A program made the position numbers and the translations under genes. Of a stretch of 38,114 bases of DNA, positions 17,962-25,222 are shown one piece after another. Position 1 is the stretch's first letter, and every line of letters starts with the position of its first letter. The notes below the pieces were generated by a model, which worked only from the letters and a program-made list of their open reading frames with translations, did no database searches and was not told the DNA's origin. Source of the stretch: an uncultured Bacilli bacterium (GTDB lineage Bacteria; Bacillota_I; Bacilli_A; RF39; UBA660); the NCBI GenBank assembly GCA_947628545.1, contig CANRAJ010000001.1:1-38114 (forward strand), in the 5' to 3' direction.

Positions 17962-18843
17962 TTATTCGGCAGTTTTGGCTAGTTCATTCATTAAATTCGG
18001 ATTAAAGATCTCAGTTTTAAGCATGATAATTTCTTCTTTATAAGGGGCTCTATCACCTATCCAAGGAGTTTCTAAAATTTTGGGAATATTTTCTAACCGG
18101 GGATTAGTGCATACCTTAACTAAATTAGTAAAGCCAAGTGTTCCATACCCAATATTAGCATGCCGATCTTTCCGCGAACCTCGGTCATTTTTACTATCAT
18201 TTAAATGCACACATTTTACTTTCTCTAAACCAATTAAACGATCTAGTTCATCTAAGTAAGTATCAAAATCAGCAATATCAATGCCCGCATCATTTAAATG
18301 ACAAGTATCTAAACAAATTCCCACTTTATCGGGATAAACAACATGATCTAAAATATATTTAAGTTCCGTCATATCGCGGCCACATTCCGTTCCTTTACCC
18401 GCCATGGTTTCAAGTAATATCATTACCTCATCTTCCGGTTTAATAATTTTATTTAAGGCCTCTGCAATATTACTTAAAGCCACTGGTACTTCTTGTTTTA
18501 AATAATTTCCCGGATGAACTACTATATATCTGACCCCTAAAGTCGCCACTCTTTTAATTTCATTTTGTAAAAAGGCAATCGAAAAATGCCAACCATCTAA
18601 ATTTGTTTTATTGGCTAAATTAATAATATAAGGTGCATGACAAATAACATTTTTTAAATCAATATGTCCTTTTTGCATCAGTTCATGCGCTTCTTTAGTT
18701 AAGGCCTCATCCAAACTTTTCCGAATCGTATTTTGAGGTGCTCCCGTATAAAACATAAAAGTATTAGCCCCATAACTTAGGGCTTGTTCCGTTGAGCCCA
18801 ATAATTGCTTTTCACCAAAATTTACATGTGAACCAATAATCAT
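17962..18843 (-). CDS. nfo: Endonuclease IV (AP endonuclease)
   Basis: 293 aa with HxGxY..., CVHLNDSKNDRGSRKDRHANIG and other Nfo metal-ligand motifs. Confidence 0.85.
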   Translation of the reverse strand: MIIGSHVNFGEKQLLGSTEQALSYGANTFMFYTGAPQNTIRKSLDEALTKEAHELMQKGHIDLKNVICHAPYIINLANKTNLDGWHFSIAFLQNEIKRVATLGVRYIVVHPGNYLKQEVPVALSNIAEALNKIIKPEDEVMILLETMAGKGTECGRDMTELKYILDHVVYPDKVGICLDTCHLNDAGIDIADFDTYLDELDRLIGLEKVKCVHLNDSKNDRGSRKDRHANIGYGTLGFTNLVKVCTNPRLENIPKILETPWIGDRAPYKEEIIMLKTEIFNPNLMNELAKTAE

Positions 18844-19886
18844 TATTTTTCCCTTCTTTCTCTTTTTAATATGACATTTTCTTCACTGTAAGTCTCATCT
18901 AGAGCTTTCCCCACATTATGATAATCATAAACCGGGGCTAAAAAATAATCTAAGTATAGTTTAATCGCTACATTATTATCTTCTTCCATCCATTTATCCA
19001 AAATATACATGAGGGCAGATTTACTAATTACACCCCGATTAATTTGATAAGCTACACGTCTTTCTTCTCCGGTAATTATTTGCTTAATAATTACTTTTAC
19101 TTGCTCATCTTCTTGATATTTCAAAACGGATTTTTTCATACTATTGTCGCTGGCTAAAGCCCGGTTTTGGTATTCGACAAAAAGTAAAAAGATATCCGGC
19201 CGATCATTTAAAACTCTTTGATAATTTTTCATCATAAAATCATTAATTTCGTTAAAAGAAACATTATGATGCACTTTAAAATATAATTTCAAGGTATCTA
19301 AAATAATAAAGTTGGTATCATTGCCCGGATATTCCACTATTTTTTGAGCCATTTGGTAATTTACCTCATCACAAGGCGTATTAATAATCATGGCTGAAAA
19401 TAATAAATAATAGCCAAAGTCAAATTCAGCATCGGCTAAAACCTCACTAATTTTCCGTTTTACTAGATTAATATTTAAGCCATTTACTTTAAAAATAGCT
19501 TGATACCCACAGTAAGGAAGAGAGGCCAATAGTTGTTTTTCATAATCTTCTACCGCAATATAACCATCATTAACTAAACTAATCAAATAACGCCAATGAC
19601 ATTTTTGTAAAGCCAAATTAATTATTTTATCTTGGGGCTCAACTTCATATATAACTAAATTATAAAGTAGTTTTTCTAATCCCTCACCACTATTATTTTT
19701 AAAACGATTTAACGAGTTTATATTAATTTTTAAACCTTGAAAAAAGGTAAACGGAAAATCCGGTTCTAAGGGCTTAGTCACAATATCACTAATAACACGA
19801 TCAACCAAGGAATTTAAAAGCTTTTTATTCTTTTTCCGAATTAAATATTCTTTAATCTTTAATATATCCAATTTTTGTACTTCCAT
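18843..19886 (-). CDS. Hypothetical helical protein translationally coupled to nfo
   Basis: About 347 aa. An AAGGTGGG RBS precedes the ATG at 19886; the track uses the GTG at 19895. The TAA stop shares one base with the nfo ATG (TAATG). No recognisable motif. Confidence 0.55.
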   Translation of the reverse strand: MEVQKLDILKIKEYLIRKKNKKLLNSLVDRVISDIVTKPLEPDFPFTFFQGLKININSLNRFKNNSGEGLEKLLYNLVIYEVEPQDKIINLALQKCHWRYLISLVNDGYIAVEDYEKQLLASLPYCGYQAIFKVNGLNINLVKRKISEVLADAEFDFGYYLLFSAMIINTPCDEVNYQMAQKIVEYPGNDTNFIILDTLKLYFKVHHNVSFNEINDFMMKNYQRVLNDRPDIFLLFVEYQNRALASDNSMKKSVLKYQEDEQVKVIIKQIITGEERRVAYQINRGVISKSALMYILDKWMEEDNNVAIKLYLDYFLAPVYDYHNVGKALDETYSEENVILKRERREK

Positions 19887-19906
19887 TTTACCCACCTTAT
19901 ACTAAA

Positions 19907-19935
19907 ATTATAAATGATGTTTTTTTAAATAGCAA
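19907..19935 (-). promoter_or_regulatory. Candidate promoter of the hypothetical-gene/nfo operon
   Basis: Minus strand: TTGCTA (19930-19935), 17 nt, TATAAT (19907-19912), about 20 nt upstream of the RBS. Confidence 0.4.
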
Positions 19936-19965
19936 ATAAAACCCTATTTTTCAAGTTTATTTTTG

Positions 19966-19994
19966 TTGACAAAAGGATACCAATATTATAAGAT
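19966..19994 (+). promoter_or_regulatory. Candidate promoter of the tandem-repeat small RNA
   Basis: TTGACA (19966-19971), 17 nt, TAAGAT (19989-19994). Alternative reading: 15 nt, TATAAG. It is back-to-back with the divergent promoter at 19907-19935. Confidence 0.45.
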
Positions 19995-19999
19995 AAAAA

Positions 20000-20162
20000 T
20001 GTATTTAGCAATAAATACCTAAAAAAGCAGGTATTCCCAACCGTCAAAAGGGGACGAAAAAAGAGGATGCCCAGCCGTTGAATGGGAACGAAAAAAGAGG
20101 ATACCCAGCCGTTAAATGGGAACGAAAACAGGAAACTAGAGAGCACACTCCAGTTTTATTTT
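20000..20162 (+). ncRNA. Candidate novel small RNA with three tandem 34-nt pseudoknot-forming units
   Basis: Own promoter. Two mutually exclusive 5' hairpins (20001-20018 and 20014-20035). Three 34-nt units, then a terminator hairpin at 20133-20156 (9 bp, one mismatch) followed by a UAUUUU run. No credible ORF and no downstream + strand gene. Confidence 0.45.
20028..20129 (+). repeat. Three head-to-tail 34-nt direct repeats
   Basis: Units lie at 20028-20061, 20062-20095 and 20096-20129. Units 2 and 3 are 31/34 identical; units 1 and 2 are about 23/34 identical. Core sequence: CCCA-GC-CGTT-GAA-TGGG-AACG-AAAAA-AGAGGAT. Confidence 0.9.
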
Positions 20163-20196
20163 GACTTAATATACATTTTTTAAAATATAATTATAT

Positions 20197-20240
20197 AAAA
20201 AAGATAGCATACTAATTGGTTAAATTATGCTATCTTTTTT
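20197..20240. terminator. Strong bidirectional terminator at the recO 3' end
   Basis: 15-bp stem AAAAAAGATAGCATA / TATGCTATCTTTTTT with a 14-nt loop. It overlaps the recO stop codon at 20239-20241. Confidence 0.7.
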
Positions 20241-20970
20241 ATAAGGTTAAGAGATTTTTTAAAAATTCTTTACTTTTTAAATACAAACCTGTATAGCGAT
20301 CATAGTAATTATCGATAAAAAAGTTTATTTCTTTAATTATCTCGGAATCAATATTTAATGCCGAAATACTTTCAATTTTAACTAAATAATACATGCGAAT
20401 CATTTTAATTATTTTCGCATCGACAATTCGTTCATCTGTTAAACAATTGGCACAAATAAAGCCCCCTTTGTCGGCATTAATGGTAGCAATATTATTTTTA
20501 CTACCACACTCCACACATTCATCTAAATTTAGCCCTACTCCTAAAAAAGGCAAATATTTTAATTCTAAAATATTGGTAATAACTAAAGGATCAAGTCCCG
20601 CTTCAATTTTTAAAACTCCATTAATAAAATTATCATAAATACTTGGTTCATGACTTTGTTTTAATACTTGTTGCGTTAAATCAACTAAATAAGATAAATA
20701 ACTAATTAAGACAATATCTTGATTGATATTTTTTAAAGGATTTATAACATCAGCACTAACAAAAAGCGAAAGTTTATCTTCTTTATAATAAATATTAAAC
20801 TTAGCATAAGTAAAGCGTAAGGTTAATGCTCTACTTTTACTTTTAATATTTTTGGCTCCCTTACACATAATCCCAATTAAACCATATTCTTTCGTAAAAA
20901 CATTAATAATTTTACTGGTATCACCATAAGGAGTTTCTTTGAAAATAAAACCTTCGACTTCTTTAATCAT
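20239..20970 (-). CDS. recO: DNA repair protein RecO
   Basis: 243 aa. N-terminal OB fold and a C4 zinc motif, CVECGS...CANC. Positioned after era-yqzL, as in B. subtilis. Confidence 0.85.
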   Translation of the reverse strand: MIKEVEGFIFKETPYGDTSKIINVFTKEYGLIGIMCKGAKNIKSKSRALTLRFTYAKFNIYYKEDKLSLFVSADVINPLKNINQDIVLISYLSYLVDLTQQVLKQSHEPSIYDNFINGVLKIEAGLDPLVITNILELKYLPFLGVGLNLDECVECGSKNNIATINADKGGFICANCLTDERIVDAKIIKMIRMYYLVKIESISALNIDSEIIKEINFFIDNYYDRYTGLYLKSKEFLKNLLTL

Positions 20971-20971
20971 G

Positions 20972-21061
20972 TTATCCTTCTTTTGTTTCTTGTTTATATT
21001 TTAAATAATCGGTAACTTTACCCGTTTTTTTAAAATTTTCCCAAGCTTTATTTTTAGTCAT
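20972..21061 (-). CDS. YqzL-like micro-protein (29-31 aa), absent from the ORF track
   Basis: Manual translation gives (MK)MTKNKAWENFKKTGKVTDYLKYKQETKEG. The W..F..TG.V..YL.YK pattern and the location between era and recO match the yqzL family. The stop lies 1 nt before the recO ATG. Start at 21061 or 21067. Confidence 0.5.
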   Translation of the reverse strand: MTKNKAWENFKKTGKVTDYLKYKQETKEG

Positions 21062-21101
21062 CTTCATCACCCATTATTATGATGAGGAAAAATCAACTTT
21101 T

Positions 21102-21989
21102 TTATTCAAATTTATCAATAAAGCCCAATTCAATTAAATATTTTTCTTTTTCTTTCCAATTTTTAATGGTTTTAACAAAAAGTTCCAAATAAACTTTTTT
21201 ACCTAATAATTCTTGCATTTCGCCGCGAGCCAAAGTTCCCACGAGTTTTAAACGACTCCCATTTTTACCAATGATAATTTTTTTAATTGAATCGCGATCA
21301 ACTACGATATCAACTAATATATGAATAATATCTTTATGTTCTTCAAAAGAGACCGTATGGCAAGTAATACAATGGGGAATTTCATCTTCTGTAACTTGCA
21401 AGAGTTTTTCCCGCACAATTTCACTAACCATAAAGTTCTTGGTATTGCTCGTATACATATCCTTCGGAAAATAAATAACATCATCGGTTAAATATTTTTT
21501 AATGACCTCAAGGAGATGATCCGTATTATCCTTAGTTAAGGCCGAAATGGGAACAATATCCACGAAAGGATAAATATCTTTATACGTATTGATATCTTCC
21601 AGTAACTTTTCTTTAGTCATTTTATCAATTTTATTCATGACTAAAACGACGGGCACACTGCTGGCCTTAAGCAATTCTAAAATGTATAAATCACCCCGAC
21701 CAATTCCCGCGGCGACATCGACCATAAATAAAATTAAATCGACATCTTTTGTTAAAGCCAAGGCCTGTTTATTTAAAACCCGGCCTAGTTTTCCTTGGGG
21801 TTTATGGATTCCCGGAGTATCGACAAAGACGATTTGATAATCTTCATCATTATAAACGCCTTGAATTAAATTGCGCGTGGTACCACTTTTATCACTGATA
21901 ATTGCAACTTTTTCGTTAATTAAGGTGTTAATCAGGGTGCTTTTTCCCACGTTAGGTCGACCAATAATGCTGACAAAACCACTTTTCAT
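21102..21989 (-). CDS. era: GTPase Era
   Basis: 295 aa with G1 GRPNVGKST, G3 DTPG, G4 NKID and a C-terminal KH domain. Confidence 0.9.
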   Translation of the reverse strand: MKSGFVSIIGRPNVGKSTLINTLINEKVAIISDKSGTTRNLIQGVYNDEDYQIVFVDTPGIHKPQGKLGRVLNKQALALTKDVDLILFMVDVAAGIGRGDLYILELLKASSVPVVLVMNKIDKMTKEKLLEDINTYKDIYPFVDIVPISALTKDNTDHLLEVIKKYLTDDVIYFPKDMYTSNTKNFMVSEIVREKLLQVTEDEIPHCITCHTVSFEEHKDIIHILVDIVVDRDSIKKIIIGKNGSRLKLVGTLARGEMQELLGKKVYLELFVKTIKNWKEKEKYLIELGFIDKFE

Positions 21990-21996
21990 GGTTTAC

Positions 21997-22395
21997 CTAC
22001 TTAAATAGTGCCATAATGTAAGGCGCAAATATAAAGCACGCAATAATGAAAAGCATTAAACCGCTGACACCACCCGCGGCTGAACCACAATCCTTAGCAA
22101 TTTTGGCTAAAGGATGATACTTATCGGTTACTAAATCGACTACGGCCTCAATCGCGGTATTTAAAAGTTCAATGGCTAAAACAACCACAGATGCCACAAT
22201 TAAAATAGCCCACCGAATAAATGTTATTTGAAATATTACCCCTAATAAAATTAAAAAAAGTGAACCAAAACCATGTAACCATAAACTTTGTTCATTAGGG
22301 TAAGCGTATTTTAAACCATCAATAGAAAACTTAATACTATTAAAAAAGCGTTTAATCCCCATTTGTTTGTGTTTTTTTCGTTCTTTTAAATCCAT
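21997..22395 (-). CDS. dgkA: Diacylglycerol / undecaprenol kinase DgkA family
   Basis: About 120-132 aa, 3 TM helices, with the ...NTAIEAVVD... motif. It lies between ybeY and era. The start may instead be the ATG at 22362. Confidence 0.75.
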   Translation of the reverse strand: MDLKERKKHKQMGIKRFFNSIKFSIDGLKYAYPNEQSLWLHGFGSLFLILLGVIFQITFIRWAILIVASVVVLAIELLNTAIEAVVDLVTDKYHPLAKIAKDCGSAAGGVSGLMLFIIACFIFAPYIMALFK

Positions 22396-22813
22396 TTAAT
22401 ACCAACTCCTGCTTTGCAAACATTTCTTTTTCTTGCTCCTTACCTAAAGTATGATCATAACCCAGTAAATGCAGTAAACCATGAACGGTTAAAAAAGCCA
22501 GTTCCCGGATCTCGCTATGCCCATATTCTTCGGCTTGAACTTTCATTTGAGGAATAGAAATATATATCTCCCCCAACTGCCGTATATTATACTCCAATTT
22601 AGCATTATCTTCAAATGCAAATGATAAAACATCCGTTGTTCGATCAATATGCCGATATTTTTGGTTTAATTCATGCACCATAGCATCATCGGTTAAAATT
22701 AAAGTAAAATATGAGGCCTTAACCCCTTCCATCTTTAAAGTCCGCCTTATTATTCTTTTTAAATAATGATATTTTCGATAACCATATAAATCGACAATTG
22801 TAAATTTATTCAT
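22352..22813 (-). CDS. ybeY: rRNA maturation endoribonuclease YbeY
   Basis: Zinc-binding motif HGLLHLLGYDH. The ATG at 22813 overlaps the upstream stop (ATGA). The ORF-track N-terminal extension to 22879 overlaps the VanZ-like gene. Confidence 0.85.
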   Translation of the reverse strand: MNKFTIVDLYGYRKYHYLKRIIRRTLKMEGVKASYFTLILTDDAMVHELNQKYRHIDRTTDVLSFAFEDNAKLEYNIRQLGEIYISIPQMKVQAEEYGHSEIRELAFLTVHGLLHLLGYDHTLGKEQEKEMFAKQELVLNGFKRTKKTQTNGD

Positions 22814-23430
22814 CAGATTCTTATCACTCCTAAAGTTTTTAAGATATATAAAATAATAAGGAGAATAATTACTAAACAAATAAAATTATAAATGCCATCC
22901 TTTTGGAAGATTCGCGGCAAATGATTTTTAACGGCCACAAAAGCGATATATAAAAGATATCCTATTACGCCCCCTAAAACATTTAAAATAATATCATCAA
23001 TATCAAAAGCCCGGCCAATATTTAATTGCACAAATTCCACAGTTGCACTCACAATGCCACTAATAATTAGAGCCGGAAAAATATTTTTCGATTTAATATA
23101 ATCGGCAATAAAATAGCCAAACGGAATAAAGACTAAAATATTTCCTACGACATTATAATAAAATAACCGACTCCCAAACTCATATCTTAAGATTTCAGTA
23201 AAAGGAATAAGATTAATTCCCGAACCCCGATTTAATTCTACTTTCGTTAATAATTGAAAAAGTAAAAAGATATAAATAACCGCTAAAATATTAAAAAATT
23301 CTTTGTATAAACTCATTTTTTCGCGATGCGTTCGCCAGTAAAAAAAACGTAATGAAATCATAGTTACTAAAAAAATCATAATTACCGGCCAATTATCATT
23401 GATTGTCCCCTTGATTGTTTCCCATATCAC
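22813..23430 (-). CDS. VanZ family membrane protein
   Basis: 205 aa, multi-TM, with NLIPF..., NILVFIPFGY, EFVQLNIGRAFDIDDIILNVLGGVIGY, the typical VanZ-like signature. Confidence 0.7.
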   Translation of the reverse strand: MIWETIKGTINDNWPVIMIFLVTMISLRFFYWRTHREKMSLYKEFFNILAVIYIFLLFQLLTKVELNRGSGINLIPFTEILRYEFGSRLFYYNVVGNILVFIPFGYFIADYIKSKNIFPALIISGIVSATVEFVQLNIGRAFDIDDIILNVLGGVIGYLLYIAFVAVKNHLPRIFQKDGIYNFICLVIILLIILYILKTLGVIRI

Positions 23431-24592
23431 TATTATCAGTCCCTTCTATGTTCATTTCTTCAATTTCTTGTTCGGTGCTTATTAATTCATTTACGACGAT
23501 AAATAATTCTATATTCATTGTACTATTATTTACTGATTTTTTCAAAACTTTTTTATCAATTATCGTATCTTTAGAATGAAGTTTAACTTTTAAGCTTTCT
23601 TCAGCCTTTTTTAGGCCTTCTTGTAAGGCTTGTTCTTCATCAAAAGTTTCTTGCTTTCGAACCATTTCTTTTTCAGTTTCTAAAAGAAGCCGGTAATCAA
23701 AAAGTTTTAGAAGAGTTTTATAGTTACTAGTAAAATAGGCAAAGCGTTTTTGTAAAATCCGGTTTTGATTTTTCCCATTATCCCAAACTAAATTATATTT
23801 TTTATTTCCCGTCGCCACATCGATGTTATGCGTAAAAGGAACTTTAACACTTACCGTATACCAAGTATGAGCATAAACCTCGCCCGCCGCACAAACACGC
23901 ATCTTTTCGGCTTCATTATAAGTAATAATTCCACTTATTAAAATATCCCCTTCTCTAACATAATCATTAGGGCGAACTAAGGCCTCCCCTTTAACTAGGC
24001 GCATATTACTAATCGTTCCTGCTTTACTCGCCACAATATGACACTTTTTAGTATCTTTACTTAAATCCGTAATAATTCGCTCTTCAATCCGCACATTATA
24101 AACCATTCCTTTAACTTCGAATTCTAGCCAATCAATTTTATCTGGATATTTATCTAGTATTTCTTCTTTAACTTTTTGCAAATAACGATAACTTTTTTTA
24201 AAAGTTAATTTTTTAATTCCCGCTTCTTCTAATTCTGTTAAAACCAATTCCCGAATTTCTTTATTTTCGTGAATGACTTTAACATCGACAATTAAATTAC
24301 TCCCTATAATAAGCAAAATTAACCCGATAAAAAAACAAATAATTAATTCCCGATATTTAATAAATATATTTTTTAATTGATATATCCCAATATCTTTTAC
24401 TTTCCGAAATTTATAACTAACTAAATATTTTTGTAATTTAGGATAATCTGCTTCCTTAATTTTTAAATAAACCTCGTCCTTTTCATATTTAATAGCCAAA
24501 ATCGGTAATTTTAAATAAGCCAATTTTTGAGTAAATTTATAATAATCATTCACCGGTGTTTTAACCCAAAGATAATGATTATGCATTTTCAA
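23396..24592 (-). CDS. yqfD: Sporulation protein YqfD
   Basis: 398 aa with one central TM helix. It follows a YqfC-like gene with overlap, matching the conserved yqfC-yqfD pair upstream of ybeY-dgkA-era. Confidence 0.6.
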   Translation of the reverse strand: MKMHNHYLWVKTPVNDYYKFTQKLAYLKLPILAIKYEKDEVYLKIKEADYPKLQKYLVSYKFRKVKDIGIYQLKNIFIKYRELIICFFIGLILLIIGSNLIVDVKVIHENKEIRELVLTELEEAGIKKLTFKKSYRYLQKVKEEILDKYPDKIDWLEFEVKGMVYNVRIEERIITDLSKDTKKCHIVASKAGTISNMRLVKGEALVRPNDYVREGDILISGIITYNEAEKMRVCAAGEVYAHTWYTVSVKVPFTHNIDVATGNKKYNLVWDNGKNQNRILQKRFAYFTSNYKTLLKLFDYRLLLETEKEMVRKQETFDEEQALQEGLKKAEESLKVKLHSKDTIIDKKVLKKSVNNSTMNIELFIVVNELISTEQEIEEMNIEGTDNSDMGNNQGDNQ

Positions 24593-24824
24593 ACTCCAAA
24601 TTAGTTATTTGGCCTTGCAATAATAATTCATGTGGTAACATTTTTTTAATAAATAAATCTTTTCCCTGAATAATTAATTTAAATTGTTCTAAAGTTAAAA
24701 TAATTTTTGTATCCGTTAATAAATCTAAAGTCAAATAATTAAATATATAGAGGTAATTTTCATAAAACGCAATATAATAATTTTTATCATATAAAAAATT
24801 AGTAAGGTTATCTTTTAAGTGCAT
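24579..24824 (-). CDS. yqfC: Sporulation protein YqfC (YabP/YqfC family)
   Basis: 81 aa. The pattern ...ILTLEQFKLIIQGKDLFIKKM....LLLQGQITNLEF resembles the YabP/YqfC family. It overlaps the yqfD start. Confidence 0.55.
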   Translation of the reverse strand: MHLKDNLTNFLYDKNYYIAFYENYLYIFNYLTLDLLTDTKIILTLEQFKLIIQGKDLFIKKMLPHELLLQGQITNLEFENA

Positions 24825-24843
24825 AAAAAACCTCCCTTATTTT

Positions 24844-24873
24844 ACAATATATGCTTTTAAACTAAAAATATGG
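24844..24873 (-). promoter_or_regulatory. Sigma-E-type (mother-cell) promoter candidate for yqfC-yqfD
   Basis: Minus strand: CCATATT, 13 nt, CATATATT, compared with the B. subtilis sigma-E consensus (-35 ATATT, -10 CATACA-T). yqfCD is recalled as sigma-E dependent in B. subtilis. Confidence 0.4.
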
Positions 24874-24878
24874 GCAAG

Positions 24879-24904
24879 AAAAAAAGAGCATGTGCTCCTT
24901 TTTT
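24879..24904 (-). terminator. Terminator closing the bacteriocin operon
   Basis: GAGC-atgt-GCTC hairpin, extended by A/T pairs and followed by a U-run, immediately after the peptide B stop at 24905. Confidence 0.5.
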
Positions 24905-25066
24905 CTAACCAACGCAATAAGAATTGGTAATATAACGCCGTAAGACGCTGCCAATGGTTTGACCGATTTTTAAAATGGTCGTGGCCATTTTAGTTACGGC
25001 ATTAATCATGGAAGTGGTAATGCTTCCACCAACAATGCACACTAGTTCATTATTTTTTAACTCCAT
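24905..25066 (-). CDS. Double-glycine-leader bacteriocin precursor, peptide B (53 aa; predicted 39-aa cationic mature peptide)
   Basis: MELKNNELVCIVGG|SITTSMINAVTKMATTILKIGQTIGSVLRRYITNSYCVG. The leader fits the EL..I.GG consensus. An AAGGAGGT RBS lies 5 nt upstream of the ATG at 25066. The ORF-track start at 25162 is an out-of-context extension over peptide A. Confidence 0.75.
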   Translation of the reverse strand: MELKNNELVCIVGGSITTSMINAVTKMATTILKIGQTIGSVLRRYITNSYCVG

Positions 25067-25077
25067 TCTGTACCTCC

Positions 25078-25218
25078 TTATCCGTTGTTGCATTTTAGTG
25101 GGTTCCGATAGCCATCGAGAATACCAATGGCTAAAAGTAAAACCCCACCGATGGCTAGCCAAAGACCGGCTCCACCACCTGATACCTTTTGTAATTCTTG
25201 GTCATTTAAGTTATTCAT
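25078..25218 (-). CDS. Double-glycine-leader bacteriocin precursor, peptide A (46 aa; hydrophobic mature peptide). Not in the ORF track.
   Basis: Manual translation: MNNLNDQELQKVSGG|GAGLWLAIGGVLLLAIGILDGYRNPLKCNNG. An AAGGAGTG RBS lies 6 nt upstream of the ATG at 25218. The TAA stop at 25078-25080 is embedded in the RBS of peptide B. Confidence 0.7.
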   Translation of the reverse strand: MNNLNDQELQKVSGGGAGLWLAIGGVLLLAIGILDGYRNPLKCNNG

Positions 25219-25222
25219 TACA

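Noticed and set aside
20028-20129. Possible CRISPR array or riboswitch (preQ1-I-like 34-nt pseudoknots)
   Set aside because: The repeats are directly adjacent with no spacers and there are no cas genes, so this is not a CRISPR array. It is also unlikely to be preQ1-I. In that class an A-rich tail separates P1 from the P2 3' strand, whereas here S2 follows S1 directly. In addition, there is no downstream + strand gene to regulate, because a terminator and the convergent recO follow.
19925-20146. 73-aa minus-strand ORF across the tandem-repeat region (MLSSFLFSFPFNGWVSSFFVPIQRLG...)
   Set aside because: It has a GTG start with no properly spaced RBS. Its internally repetitive Phe-rich sequence is just the translation of the 34-nt repeats and poly-A linkers. 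The ORF runs through the divergent promoters. The region is better explained as non-coding.
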